Below, in pieces: positions 29,600-40,252 of a DNA stretch of 64,000 nucleotides (positions are counted from its first letter, which is position 1; each line of letters starts with the position of its first letter). The stretch comes from Candidatus Lustribacter sp. Lineage in GTDB: Bacteria; Vulcanimicrobiota; Vulcanimicrobiia; Vulcanimicrobiales; Vulcanimicrobiaceae. The notes beneath the pieces were generated by a model. That model saw only the letters and a program-made list of their open reading frames with translations, was not told where the DNA came from and searched no databases. The position numbers were made by a program, and so were the translations under genes. Where the stretch lies: positions 4,448,001 to 4,512,000 of the forward strand of contig OZ255842.1 of assembly GCA_965277805.1 (NCBI GenBank). Reading direction: 5' to 3'.

Positions 29600-29630
29600 A
29601 GCCTGTTGTCGCGGCTTCGACATCCGCTCT

Positions 29631-30806
29631 TTAGCCCCAGCGGGGCAGTGAGTCGGGGTCTACGCCCAGAGCCAGCTTACCGACGACCTCATGCGAGAGC
29701 ATCGAGTTAGCCGGGTGAAAGCGGCCGGCGCGCGCATCGCGGAATAGACGTTCGAGTTCACTTTTCTTGAACATCCCGAACCCGCCCGAGACGTCCATCG
29801 CACGATCGACGATACGCCAGGCGCCTTCAACCGCACGATACTTCGCCGCGATAATTTTGACGGGCCAGTCAGGGTGCTGAACGCCATCCGACCAATCGCG
29901 CGCGAGCATTTCGAGTTGCGCGGTGATTGCTTCAAGTTCCATTACCATCTCGGCTACGCCGTGCTGGATCTCGGGATGATAGGCCATCGAGCGCGTCATC
30001 GCCATCGAGGCCTTGCCTTTGACGTGCTCGACCGTGAGTTCCAGCGCGCGTCTCGCGAGGCCGCAATAGACATTTGCGAACCCGGTGAGGGCCCACGCGA
30101 AGATCGAAAGCACGAAGAGATCCGCGCCCGCCAAGCCCGACGGTAATACGCGCGCGATGCGCTCGTCCGGGATGAACGCGCCATCCAGCTCGGTATCGTC
30201 GCTGCGCGTCGCACGCATTCCCATGACGTCCCACGTGTCTTTGATCGAGTAACCCTTTGCGTCACGCGCCAGAAAGCCGTGGACGATTTTCGGCGCTGTG
30301 GGGTCGCTCGTGTCCATACCGTGCATCCCGAAGCGCGTCCAAACGGGGGTCAAACTGCCAAACGATTTGCGCCCGGTAAACTCGTAGCCCCCGGCAACGC
30401 GCTTGGCGGTGGTCAGCGACATGAAAAGCGAGGTCTCGTTCCCCGCCTCGGCGTGCCCCGCCGCGAACACTTCACCGGCCGCGGCGTCACGCAAGATCCA
30501 ATCAACGGACTTATCGCCCGTGCGTGAGACGTCGGCCGCTAAACCAATCCAATAGGTATGCATGTTCAAGCCGAGCGCCGTCGCCGGCGCATATTCGGCC
30601 AGCGCGCGCGTCTCCCGTGCCGACTCCGCGAGATTGAAGCCGAGGCCGCCGAGTTCGCGTGGCACCGCCATCTTCAAGTACCCGGCGGATCGCAGATCTT
30701 CGAAGTCTTCGTGGAAGAAGCGATTGTCTCGATCGTATCCGGCAGCTCGGGATCGTAGTTCCTCGAGTACCTCGGTGGAAAGAAGCGGTCGTCTCGCGAC
30801 GTTCAT
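29631..30806 (-). CDS. Acyl-CoA dehydrogenase family protein
   Basis: VPRELGG, GRKSFGS, WDVMGMRATRSD and LERLFRD motifs. Start at ATG 30806. Confidence 0.88.
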   Translation of the reverse strand: MNVARRPLLSTEVLEELRSRAAGYDRDNRFFHEDFEDLRSAGYLKMAVPRELGGLGFNLAESARETRALAEYAPATALGLNMHTYWIGLAADVSRTGDKSVDWILRDAAAGEVFAAGHAEAGNETSLFMSLTTAKRVAGGYEFTGRKSFGSLTPVWTRFGMHGMDTSDPTAPKIVHGFLARDAKGYSIKDTWDVMGMRATRSDDTELDGAFIPDERIARVLPSGLAGADLFVLSIFAWALTGFANVYCGLARRALELTVEHVKGKASMAMTRSMAYHPEIQHGVAEMVMELEAITAQLEMLARDWSDGVQHPDWPVKIIAAKYRAVEGAWRIVDRAMDVSGGFGMFKKSELERLFRDARAGRFHPANSMLSHEVVGKLALGVDPDSLPRWG

Positions 30807-32053
30807 AAAGCTGCCCGTTGCCAATGAACCGGCGCTGTCTCGCGCAGTAAACAACTGTTTGCGCAACCGATCACGAGCGCCACAACTGCTAACGGCAAGG
30901 TCGACTGGATGCCATAGTTCTGCGCGATAATGCCGGCGATGACCGGCATTGCACCGCCGCCGAAAATTTCGCCGATGCAAATGACGAGACCGGTGGCGGC
31001 GGCCATCAGCGTGACAGGAACGGATTCTCCACTTATCGGTCCTACGGTAAGGGTGATCAGCGCGAAGTTGAAAAAGTGCGTCACGAAGAGAAAACCGAAC
31101 AACGCGGCCGGGGAACCTCCTGTATTGGTGAAACATACGAGGGAGATCGCGGCACCGATTGACGACGCGATCATCACCGGCCTTCGGCCGACGCGATCCG
31201 AAATCATCGGCATGATCACGTTTCCTGCGGTTCCGCCAAAGCCGATCGCTGAAACGACGAAGCCCATCTGCGGCAGACTGAGGTGCAGATAATCCAGAAG
31301 ATAATTAGGTAATAGAGCGCTCGTTACCATGAGACAGCTGATCCAACACAGCATGCCAACGATATTGTGAATGACGTTTCTATTTCGAAAGAGAGAAGTC
31401 CATTTCGCCGACGCGACGTCGGGCACGATGTCGTTTTCGAACCTCGCGAGTTGCGATGACCGTCGAAGCACGAAGTACATAAGTGCCACGATAACGAGGC
31501 CGAATGGCGTCACCATCAAAAAAATCCAGCGCCAGCTTACGTTCTGAAGAAGTTGGGTTACGATGAGCGGCGCGAGCGCGAGGCCGCATAGGGGGAGCAT
31601 CATCTGTTGAATCCCGACGTTGAGTCCTCGACGCGCAGGCTTCGACGCCTCGAGGGTGGCGGTTATTGCAGGCGCAGTGTACGCTCCGTCGGCAAATCCC
31701 ATGCACGCTCGAACGAACAACAACGTGATTAAACTCGATGCAAGCCCGCTGATCCCGACCAATAGCGAAAAAATCAGCGTCGTCGCGATGACCACCTTGC
31801 GCCGGCCAAGATGATCTGAAATGGTGCCGGAAAAAAATGCCGCAATACCCCAGGCGATTGAAAGGACGCCCGTAATCAGGCCGATATCTTGATACCCAAG
31901 ATGCAAATCTTTTGCTATCGCGGGAAACATCGGAATGATCATAAATCTATCGAGTCCGACGAGACCAAAACCGAGTGCAAGCAACGTTACCGTCTCGAAT
32001 TCGTAGCGTCGGTTCTGTTGTCGTGGAAGACTTCCGGTCTCAATAGTTTCCAT
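30803..32053 (-). CDS. MFS transporter
   Basis: SDHLGRR and SDRVGRR motifs; 12-TM pattern. Confidence 0.88.
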   Translation of the reverse strand: METIETGSLPRQQNRRYEFETVTLLALGFGLVGLDRFMIIPMFPAIAKDLHLGYQDIGLITGVLSIAWGIAAFFSGTISDHLGRRKVVIATTLIFSLLVGISGLASSLITLLFVRACMGFADGAYTAPAITATLEASKPARRGLNVGIQQMMLPLCGLALAPLIVTQLLQNVSWRWIFLMVTPFGLVIVALMYFVLRRSSQLARFENDIVPDVASAKWTSLFRNRNVIHNIVGMLCWISCLMVTSALLPNYLLDYLHLSLPQMGFVVSAIGFGGTAGNVIMPMISDRVGRRPVMIASSIGAAISLVCFTNTGGSPAALFGFLFVTHFFNFALITLTVGPISGESVPVTLMAAATGLVICIGEIFGGGAMPVIAGIIAQNYGIQSTLPLAVVALVIGCANSCLLRETAPVHWQRAAL

Positions 32054-32086
32054 ATCACCCCCTTGTCGTAGCGGAAGGTTCGGCGA

Positions 32087-34855
32087 TTATGTCGCCACTG
32101 AAAGTAGCCGCGACTCAAGTTGAACGCGCGATCTAATTCCTAATTTGCCAAAGATCGACGCCAAATGCGTCTCGACGGTCTTTTCCGTAACACTTAAGCG
32201 ATCGGCGATTTCTCGATTAGTAAGCCCGTCGATTACGAGCGTCGCGACGGCATCCTCACGTGGGGTTAGGCTGTTCGCGGCTCGTCCTTGCCGATTTCTT
32301 GGCGTGAGTTCTTCGCGCAACCGCCGAACGTCTCCGTAAGCTCCCATCTCTTCAAAGATAGTTATTGCTTCGTTTTTCCGTCCGGCGATTGAAAGTGCCG
32401 TTGCTTCTTCGTAGCGAAATTGGAAGGCATGAAAACCGGCCGCTGCTCGGTCGGCATGCGCGGCGGCCTTTTCGCCGTCTCCGAGGCGGGCTGCTACAAA
32501 TGCATCGAAAAGGTCCAGAAAGGCGGGGGCATACGGGGTGAACCAATCTCGAATCGGGACGCGTGCCTTGAGGATGTCATCGGTTTCGCCACTGGCAGCA
32601 ATCGTAATCATCGTACACGGCGACCAATCAGAACTTTTCAGTCGCTTTGCAGACAAGCGCTCGACGGCGCGCCCGAGCACGGCAGCGGCTTCTTTGGAGC
32701 GGCCCTCGATTAAAAGGAATTGCGCAAACGCGCCGGAGAGTTGGATGAGAAGTCCCGGCGTGTGGTCGCGCAACATCGTTTCGAGATCGAGTGCATCAAC
32801 GACGCGTCTGGTGAATGACACGTCGTCGGTGCGTACTCCGAGGAAAATGCCGACCCGCCCAATCATCGTAATCAGGAGCGGATGGTCGGAATGGGACGCC
32901 ACCTCGAGCGACCCTTCTAATAGCTCGCGCGCGCGATTTGGATTGCCGGCGATGAGCTCCATCTCTGCCTGAAATGCGGCGCTAATCGCGCTTTCCGTCG
33001 CGGCCCATCGACGGCGAGCGAATGTTGCCGATTCCTCGAACGAATTTGAAGCGGAGGCGACCCTGCCACTAAGTGCGAGCACCGCTCCAAGAGCAAAGCG
33101 CGCGCCGGAAGCGAGGCCATCGGAGTGGGTGCCGTCGGCGACTCGCACCGCGTCGGCCTGCGCGACAACCGCGTCGTCATAGCGACGTTGCATAAGTAAT
33201 GCGTTCGCCCGCGCGTTTAGCAGCGAGATCTTAATCGCCGTGTCGACCCGATCGGAGTTCAGCAATGATGCACAGCCGTCAATCACGGTCTCGATATCGC
33301 GATCTGCGATCGCGAGTTCGAACTGACATAGTGCCCGCTTGGCCAACAGTTGCGGATCGTTGCAGCCGGATAACGCATCCGATGCTTCCGCGAGGATTTC
33401 CAAACGGCGTTCGTCATCGCCCGTCTGTCCCGCGATTTCTGCGAGTTGCAAGAGGGCGTCGGCGATATCCGCAAGTGATCCGTGCTCACGGTATTTTTCG
33501 AGTGCGATCTTAACGGAATGCTCGGCTTGCGCGGGATAGCCGGCGAGGAGTTGCGCATTCGCCAGCTTTCGGCTGACCTCTGCTGCACGGTGGGCGTCTC
33601 GACCGAGGGCTTGCAACGCGTGCTCGTAAAAGATGACAGCCGACTCGAACGCCTGATTCCCCGCCACATAATCTCCGGCACGCTCGTTGTAAAAACTTGC
33701 GGCTTCGCTGTCGCCGGAAGCATGGGCATGGAACGCTAGCACGGCGACCTTTTCGATGCTCTCTGGTCGCTCCAAGAGCTCGGAGTACACACTGTGATGC
33801 ATCGCCTCCCGTTCCGCGAGAAGCAACGTACCGTAGATTGCATCATGCGTCATTGCATGGCGAAAGCGAAATGAGCGCGCTTGCTCGGTCTGATCGATCA
33901 GTCCCAGGTCGACGGCGTGCCGAATATCTCCGAGCAGGTCCGTGAAGCTGCGACCGGCGATCCGGGCAACCAACTCTCCGTCGAACGTTCGGCCGACGAC
34001 TGCCGCTATGCGTAACATGTTCCGGCCGGCGAGCGAAAGCAGGGAAAATCGTTCAAGGACGGTTTCGAAAATAGTCGCGGGTACACCGGCAACCGACGTG
34101 CGTCCCGTTGCGAGTGACTCGCGAACAAGCTCCTCGACGAAGAGCGGATTGCCTTCCGCGCGCTCTTGGATGCGAAGGCGCCCTTTGCGCCCGATGCGTC
34201 CATTTGATGCCGTCACGATGATGCGTTCGCACGCATTGGCTGGAAGTGGCTGGATGACCATGCTCGATACTCCGTCGAGGCGTTCCAAACGAGAAATCGG
34301 CGACGGAGCTCCGGCATCGATTGAGTTCTCCGGCCGCGCTGCGGCGAGTAGAAAGAACGGACTTTTTCGCGTCGCAACGAGAATGTGATAGAGCAAGTGC
34401 ACGGTCGCGTGATCGGCGAAATGGAGGTCGTCTACGACGATCGTCGTCGGCGCATCAGCTGATGCAAATCGGAATAGTTGCGCAATAGCATCGAAGCAAC
34501 GTCGCCGCTCTGCTGCACTTGGGGGCGCACTTTGACCGTCAACTCTACGAACGAGGTCGACTGCGGATCGCAATCCAGCATGCGCCGAAAAGAGCGTCGA
34601 TCGGGTTTCAAGCCACGTCTCTACGATCGTGACAATTGGCGCCAAGGGGGATGATGCGTAATTTTGGGCGGCGGTTACCACGACGTGCTTTCCCTCGGGT
34701 CCCGTCAGTTCGAGGAAACGTTCGATCAGACGGCTCTTTCCGATGCCCGCCTCGCCTCGAAGAATGGCCGCGCCGCCGTCGCCGCAATGCGCTTTATAAT
34801 AGCGATCCAGCAGGCGCTCTAGAATGTCGGCCCGTCCCGTAAACGGCAGCTTCAC
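32087..34855 (-). CDS. LuxR-family regulator with AAA ATPase and TPR-like region (LAL/MalT-like)
   Basis: GEAGIGKS, DDLH and GNPLF motifs; C-terminal LTPRE...GLTNREIA...TVETHL HTH. Confidence 0.9.
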   Translation of the reverse strand: MKLPFTGRADILERLLDRYYKAHCGDGGAAILRGEAGIGKSRLIERFLELTGPEGKHVVVTAAQNYASSPLAPIVTIVETWLETRSTLFSAHAGLRSAVDLVRRVDGQSAPPSAAERRRCFDAIAQLFRFASADAPTTIVVDDLHFADHATVHLLYHILVATRKSPFFLLAAARPENSIDAGAPSPISRLERLDGVSSMVIQPLPANACERIIVTASNGRIGRKGRLRIQERAEGNPLFVEELVRESLATGRTSVAGVPATIFETVLERFSLLSLAGRNMLRIAAVVGRTFDGELVARIAGRSFTDLLGDIRHAVDLGLIDQTEQARSFRFRHAMTHDAIYGTLLLAEREAMHHSVYSELLERPESIEKVAVLAFHAHASGDSEAASFYNERAGDYVAGNQAFESAVIFYEHALQALGRDAHRAAEVSRKLANAQLLAGYPAQAEHSVKIALEKYREHGSLADIADALLQLAEIAGQTGDDERRLEILAEASDALSGCNDPQLLAKRALCQFELAIADRDIETVIDGCASLLNSDRVDTAIKISLLNARANALLMQRRYDDAVVAQADAVRVADGTHSDGLASGARFALGAVLALSGRVASASNSFEESATFARRRWAATESAISAAFQAEMELIAGNPNRARELLEGSLEVASHSDHPLLITMIGRVGIFLGVRTDDVSFTRRVVDALDLETMLRDHTPGLLIQLSGAFAQFLLIEGRSKEAAAVLGRAVERLSAKRLKSSDWSPCTMITIAASGETDDILKARVPIRDWFTPYAPAFLDLFDAFVAARLGDGEKAAAHADRAAAGFHAFQFRYEEATALSIAGRKNEAITIFEEMGAYGDVRRLREELTPRNRQGRAANSLTPREDAVATLVIDGLTNREIADRLSVTEKTVETHLASIFGKLGIRSRVQLESRLLSVAT

Positions 34856-35142
34856 GTTTTACCCCATCTCGATCGTGCCCGGCGTCGGGCATGGCAGTAG
34901 GTTATCGCACCCCCGGCAACGCGGTAAAGCGTATTGCGAAAAATCAGGGATGTTAGAACGAACGCTCAGGGTCTCTTTTTGCCCGCGGACACGTAGCATC
35001 TACACATCGACTGCCCGCCGAGTAGACCGTAGGGTGGACCAACGTCTGCCTACTCTACAATCAAACAAGCGAGTCGGGACCGTTACATCGGCTCCGGCTC
35101 TCTCCGGTGCAGTCATCACATCACTATCAACGGAGATACCCG

Positions 35143-35523
35143 ATGACGAACCTCCATAAGACCATCTCTGCCGTCATGCTGCTGCTTCTCTTCGGCGCTT
35201 CAACCCAGGCGGCACCCGCGCAGACCCCATCCACAGACAACTGCCCGGTTCAGGATGCCGAGGCGAGGCCCGTAACGAATTACCCTGTCGACTGGCCGGG
35301 AACCGTTCCGTCAGAACTTCATCAGTTTCTGCGGGGGCCGGCAATCGTGCAGTTCGACGTCACGCCAGATGGCGTGGCGCAAAACGCAATGACCGTCAAG
35401 TCGACTGGATACTATCAACTGGACCGCGCCGCACAGGAAGCCGTCCTCAGCCAGCGCTACAAGCCTGCAATTCGTGGTTGCGTGCCCGTATTGGCTACCT
35501 ATCTCTACGAAGTCGATTATTAG
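35143..35523 (+). CDS. Secreted TonB C-terminal-domain protein
   Basis: RBS GGAG, signal peptide, FDVTPDG...KSTG...LDRAA...YKPA. Confidence 0.8.
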   Translation: MTNLHKTISAVMLLLLFGASTQAAPAQTPSTDNCPVQDAEARPVTNYPVDWPGTVPSELHQFLRGPAIVQFDVTPDGVAQNAMTVKSTGYYQLDRAAQEAVLSQRYKPAIRGCVPVLATYLYEVDY

Positions 35524-35689
35524 GTCAGAGCTTCTTGCCCGAGCTGCCTCCGGAAAGCGTCGATCGCCGTCGTCTCCGGCGGCACGGGCAAGTCGCATCC
35601 GGCGTACGTAGTCACGGCTTATCCGTATTCTGAAAGGCAGAACATCGTCGACGTAGTGCGGGGCATCCGCCGCGTGCGTATGTCTTCGG

Positions 35690-38362
35690 CTAAATTTGAG
35701 GACCGTACGATAGCGGCCGGATAGGTCCGCTGGCGTCGCTTCCGGTCACGATCCCACGCCCGTGCGCGAACGCGCAGAACTCGCCGAGCGGAAGTGCCGG
35801 CGAAACAAGGAAACCTTGCCCGTAGGCGCACCCGTGCTCGCGTAGCCAGTCGAGCTGTTCTTCCGTCTCGATACCTTCGGCAAGCGAGGCAAAGCCAAAC
35901 GCATTCGCGAGCCAGACGAACGTATCGACGAGGATAACGTCCATGGCGTCACTCGGGATACCGCGCACGAACGATTGGTCGATTTTGATGACGTCGGCGG
36001 GCAAGTGCTTCAGATACGAAAGCGACGAGAACCCGGTCCCGAAGTCGTCAATCGCGATATGGATTCCGGCCTGCCGAAACGAGCCCAGCGCAAATATCGA
36101 ACTTTGCACGTTCAACATTGTCGACGATTCCGTGATCTCGAACGTAATCCGGCCGGCGAGCGCGGGGTGCGCGTCCAACCGGTCGTGAACGACTTTGGCG
36201 AAGACGGCGTCATTGAGTTGCCGCGCCGAGAGGTTCATGGAGCAGCGAACGCCCGGCGGAATAGCCGGATTCTCCGTCAGATTAAGGACGAGCCGATCGA
36301 ACACCCAAGAGGTGATCTTAGCAATCATGCCCATTCGCTCGGCGAATGGAATAAATTCGCTGGGCATTACGAGGCCCCGCTGGGGGTGGCGCCAGCGAAT
36401 CAGTGCTTCCGCGCCGGCGACCGAACGCGTTGTCAGATCGAACGTCGGCTGGTACCACAGCTCGAACTCGTCCTCGGCGAGCGCGCGTTCGATCTCGCTG
36501 CGCTGTATCCAGCGCCGGCTTAGCGCATCGCGCATCTCGTCGTCGAAGATCAGCGCCCTCCCGCCGCCCTGCTCTTTTGCAAGCTCGAGCGCAACTTCCG
36601 CTTGCCGCGAGACCTCCTCCGTCGTTGCGCCCTCACCGGAGAAGAGTGCTGCGCCGAACGACCCCGTAACCGTGAGCAGTCTCGTACCGTCACGATCTCC
36701 GGTATTGAACGGTGTTTCGAAGAGGTTCGCATAACGTGCAAGCCGGGCGTCGATATCACCGGCGTCCGCGCCACGCATGAGAATCGAAAATTCGTCGCCG
36801 TTTAAACGTACGACGAGGTCCCGATCGTCGACGGCGGCGAGTTCCGTCGCAACCTCAACGAGTAGTTCGTCGGCGATCAGATGTCCATGTGCGACGTTGA
36901 ACTCGCGGAAGTGATCCAGGTTGAGTAGGACGATCGCGAAGCGATCGTTTGTTTGGACGCAATTCATCACCGCCGACCGGAACTGAATGCGATTACCGAG
37001 GCCAGTCATTGCATCGTGCTCCATCTGGTAGCGCAGCCGGTCGGCCTGAAGCTGGCGCTGGTATCCGTTCGCCAGAAACGATGCAACGACGTCGACAAAG
37101 GCGATGTCTTCATCGACGAACGGATCGTCGAGGTTCGTTTGGAGAAAATCGAAGAGGACGAAGTGCGTCCGAGCCCCGATTTGAACGGGCGTGCCGATGA
37201 GACTCCTCACGCCGAACTCATCGCACACCTGGGCGTTCGGTGCCACCGAAGCAGCGTCGATCTCATCCCACGCCAGGGTTTTACCTGATTGGTACAGCTT
37301 CACATGCATCGTGTGTTCGAGCGGAAACGTGCTTCCGGGATAGATGATGCTCGAGACGCGGTCGAACGCCGCCGGCGTCGCGCCGTAGACCGGGCTCACT
37401 TTATCGACCAAGATCGTTTCTCGATCCAAATGCGACAGCACCCCGAGAGTCGGCCGGCCCGGTCGAATCATCGCGCTAGCGATATCGAGAATCGCCTGCG
37501 CACGTTCGTCATACGAGAGTAGCTCCGTCTCACGTGCAACTCGGGCGAGCGCTTCGATACGCCGGACACGTTTCGATGCCACGTCGACGGCGTTGTCGAG
37601 CGATTCTTGCCGGCGAGCGAGTTCACGTACTTGGTCCGCCCAGTGCCGATCGAAGGCCGCGATGACGATGACGCCGCTCAGAACAATCGCCGTCACTCCC
37701 ACGATGTTCGCAAGTGCAAGCGAAGAAATTTGAAGCGCGAACGTTTGGTCGCCTACCATCGGGGCAGCGACGAACGTAACGGCTGCCATCCCGCTGTAGT
37801 GCATCAGCGGAATGGCCGATCCCATGGCAACGGCACCTGCCAGCTTCGCTCGGGAAAACGAACGGCGTTCGCCGCGCAGTCGAAACGCCAGATGCAGAGC
37901 AATGATCGATATACCGATCGCGATCAGCACTGAGAGCGCGACACCCCATGGCTGATAGATGCACATTGCGCGCATGCGCATCGCATCCATACCGATATAG
38001 TGCATCGAGGCGATGCCGATGCCCATTGCGGCACCGCCGAAGATGCTGTCCAAATTGCGCATGGTCGGGCGGCTCACGATCGCAAGCGCTAAGGCCGACG
38101 CTACGATGGCGGCGACAAGCGATAGAAGCACGGTCGGCACATTGTAGGCCACCGGAATCGGCAAGCGGTATGCCAGCATCCCGATGTAGTGCATCGACCA
38201 AATGCCGAGACCCATTGCGACCGCGCCGCCGCTTAGCCAAATGCGCCGCACCCATCCGCGTGCCGCCGCGACTCGCCCGGCCAGGTCCAGAGCCGCGAAC
38301 GATGCGAACAACGCCAACGCGATCGAAAGCAGAACGAGCCAGGGATCGTATGACCCGACCAC
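35690..38362 (-). CDS. MHYT-GAF-GGDEF-EAL signalling protein
   Basis: Three MHYxGM repeats, HDAMTGLGNR, degenerate NGDEF, intact EAL and DDFGTG. Confidence 0.9.
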   Translation of the reverse strand: MVGSYDPWLVLLSIALALFASFAALDLAGRVAAARGWVRRIWLSGGAVAMGLGIWSMHYIGMLAYRLPIPVAYNVPTVLLSLVAAIVASALALAIVSRPTMRNLDSIFGGAAMGIGIASMHYIGMDAMRMRAMCIYQPWGVALSVLIAIGISIIALHLAFRLRGERRSFSRAKLAGAVAMGSAIPLMHYSGMAAVTFVAAPMVGDQTFALQISSLALANIVGVTAIVLSGVIVIAAFDRHWADQVRELARRQESLDNAVDVASKRVRRIEALARVARETELLSYDERAQAILDIASAMIRPGRPTLGVLSHLDRETILVDKVSPVYGATPAAFDRVSSIIYPGSTFPLEHTMHVKLYQSGKTLAWDEIDAASVAPNAQVCDEFGVRSLIGTPVQIGARTHFVLFDFLQTNLDDPFVDEDIAFVDVVASFLANGYQRQLQADRLRYQMEHDAMTGLGNRIQFRSAVMNCVQTNDRFAIVLLNLDHFREFNVAHGHLIADELLVEVATELAAVDDRDLVVRLNGDEFSILMRGADAGDIDARLARYANLFETPFNTGDRDGTRLLTVTGSFGAALFSGEGATTEEVSRQAEVALELAKEQGGGRALIFDDEMRDALSRRWIQRSEIERALAEDEFELWYQPTFDLTTRSVAGAEALIRWRHPQRGLVMPSEFIPFAERMGMIAKITSWVFDRLVLNLTENPAIPPGVRCSMNLSARQLNDAVFAKVVHDRLDAHPALAGRITFEITESSTMLNVQSSIFALGSFRQAGIHIAIDDFGTGFSSLSYLKHLPADVIKIDQSFVRGIPSDAMDVILVDTFVWLANAFGFASLAEGIETEEQLDWLREHGCAYGQGFLVSPALPLGEFCAFAHGRGIVTGSDASGPIRPLSYGPQI

Positions 38363-38503
38363 CTCGATATCGGGTGAAACGATTACCTCCTACCCAGCAG
38401 GGTGGGATCATTGCACGCGAAATATCGTGGACCGTACCAACTGATTGCTTAAGCAACCAGCCACGGATCGTCATACCTTCGGAGTTACACAATAGCGAAT
38501 AGC

Positions 38504-39295
38504 GTGCTGGCAGACTTCTTACGCACCCGGCGTGCGCGGATCGATCCGCGCACGCTTGGCATCACCGGCGCGGAGACACGGCGCGTCCCCGGCCTGCGCC
38601 GCGAAGAAGTCGCCGAGCTCGCCGGCATGAGCGTGAGTTGGTACACCCTGCTCGAACAAGGTCAACGCGCCGACATGTCGGTCGATGCGTTGCGCGCTAT
38701 CGCTCGCGCGCTGCGCCTCAACTCTCACGAGACCGTGTACCTCTTCGCGGTTGCCAAAGAGACGGTCCCGACTGATTGCTTGCGCGACCTCGGTGACGAC
38801 CTCGGCAACGGCGAGGTTCTCGAATGCGTCGACAAGCTCGACAACCTGCTCTGTTATGACGACGCCGGCCGCATCCTCGACGCGAGTGCCGGCGTCCTCG
38901 CGCTGGGCAATATCACGCGCGCGGCGGCGCGCGGCGAACACCTCTACCGGCGCTTGTTTTTCGATGCTGCGTTGCGCGAGCGATATGCGGCGTGGGAGGC
39001 GCAAGCGGACCATGCTGTGGCAGTGTTGCGGTTTCGCAGCGCCGGCCATCACGAGCCCCCGCCGTGGCTGGGCGAGATGCTCGCGCTGCCGTCATTCCGG
39101 AAGCGCTGGCTGCGCCACGACGTCCACAGCGACATCGGCTGGCGCCCTCAGAATATGGTGCAGGTTTCCGGATCCGGCGCACCGATTGTTGTCCGCAGCT
39201 TCGGTTTCATGGCGCCGGGCGGCGGCCGGGTGATTTCCTATTTCGGAGCGACCGACGACGACGCGAACCGGATGCGCCACTACAGGTTATGCTAG
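38504..39295 (+). CDS. XRE-HTH plus MmyB-like ligand-binding regulator
   Basis: RRVPGLRREEVAELAG and WYTLLEQG motifs. Confidence 0.88.
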   Translation: MLADFLRTRRARIDPRTLGITGAETRRVPGLRREEVAELAGMSVSWYTLLEQGQRADMSVDALRAIARALRLNSHETVYLFAVAKETVPTDCLRDLGDDLGNGEVLECVDKLDNLLCYDDAGRILDASAGVLALGNITRAAARGEHLYRRLFFDAALRERYAAWEAQADHAVAVLRFRSAGHHEPPPWLGEMLALPSFRKRWLRHDVHSDIGWRPQNMVQVSGSGAPIVVRSFGFMAPGGGRVISYFGATDDDANRMRHYRLC

Positions 39296-40237
39296 GATCA
39301 TATCCTGGGCTCGAACCGCAGCCGGAATCCGATGGAACTTCACGGCTGCATCGATGAGCGGCTGCAGCAGGCCGGGCGTGAGCGACGGCGCCGCTTGGGA
39401 CGGCGACATCCTGGCCAGCACGTCGGCGGGAATCTTTGTAAAATCCGCGAGCATCGGTATCATTTCGGAATAGTGCCCGGCCACGTACGTGCTCGTGCGC
39501 TCCATGACGGAAGCGAAGCTTCGCGCGACGGTGCGATGTTCGGTCACCCAGGGCGCTACCGAGAACCACGCCGCTGCCATGAAATTATCGCCGATCGCAT
39601 CGAACGGGTTCGCAAGTGGACGTGCGCCGGCTGCCAGCGCCGCGGTCAGAAACGGATCGAACGCGAGAATTGCGTCGACCCGGTGCGATTGCAGCGCGGC
39701 AATCATGAGGTTCGGTGCCGACTCGAAAAACTTGACGTTCGCTTCATCCACACCTTCGCGCGCTAGCCACGCCACGAGTGAAAGGCCGGTGATGTCGTTC
39801 ACGAGCGTGGTGCCGATCGTCTTGCCGATGAGATCTTTACCGGTCTTGATCGTGGAGTCGGCCGCAACGAGGAGCTTGATGGTCGGCGTTTTCGATGAGT
39901 ACATCGCGCCCGGCGCGACCAGCCGTAAAGGAATGCCGCGTTGGAACGCCTGGATGAGCGAGTACGTGTTCGCATAACCGAATTGCACGCTGCCGCCGAT
40001 CGCTGCTGCCAGCGTCGCCCCGCCGTTTCCCGTGTTCTGCACGGTGAGATCGATGCCGGCCTTCTCGAATGCATGCTGACTTTGCGCGTACAGCAGCGCC
40101 GACACGTCAGGCGAAGAAAACGCGCCGACGGTAGCGGGTGTCAGTGCCTGCGCGCTTGTGCGCGTCGGTGCGAAAGTGAGCGCGGCCGCCGCTGCGCCGG
40201 CGGTGTGGACGAAGCGGTTGCGCGAGATGTTGGTCAC
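39287..40237 (-). CDS. NitT/TauT-family ABC substrate-binding protein
   Basis: Tat-like ISRNRFV leader; FEKAGID and KDLIGKTI motifs. Confidence 0.85.
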   Translation of the reverse strand: MTNISRNRFVHTAGAAAAALTFAPTRTSAQALTPATVGAFSSPDVSALLYAQSQHAFEKAGIDLTVQNTGNGGATLAAAIGGSVQFGYANTYSLIQAFQRGIPLRLVAPGAMYSSKTPTIKLLVAADSTIKTGKDLIGKTIGTTLVNDITGLSLVAWLAREGVDEANVKFFESAPNLMIAALQSHRVDAILAFDPFLTAALAAGARPLANPFDAIGDNFMAAAWFSVAPWVTEHRTVARSFASVMERTSTYVAGHYSEMIPMLADFTKIPADVLARMSPSQAAPSLTPGLLQPLIDAAVKFHRIPAAVRAQDMILA

Positions 40238-40252
40238 GACGTGAGCTCCGTT

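Noticed and set aside
29631-31136. Long N-terminal extensions of track ORFs (also 6892..8283, 23029..24435, 40253..41311)
   Set aside because: They overlap neighbouring genes; downstream starts with stop/start coupling or signal peptides fit better.
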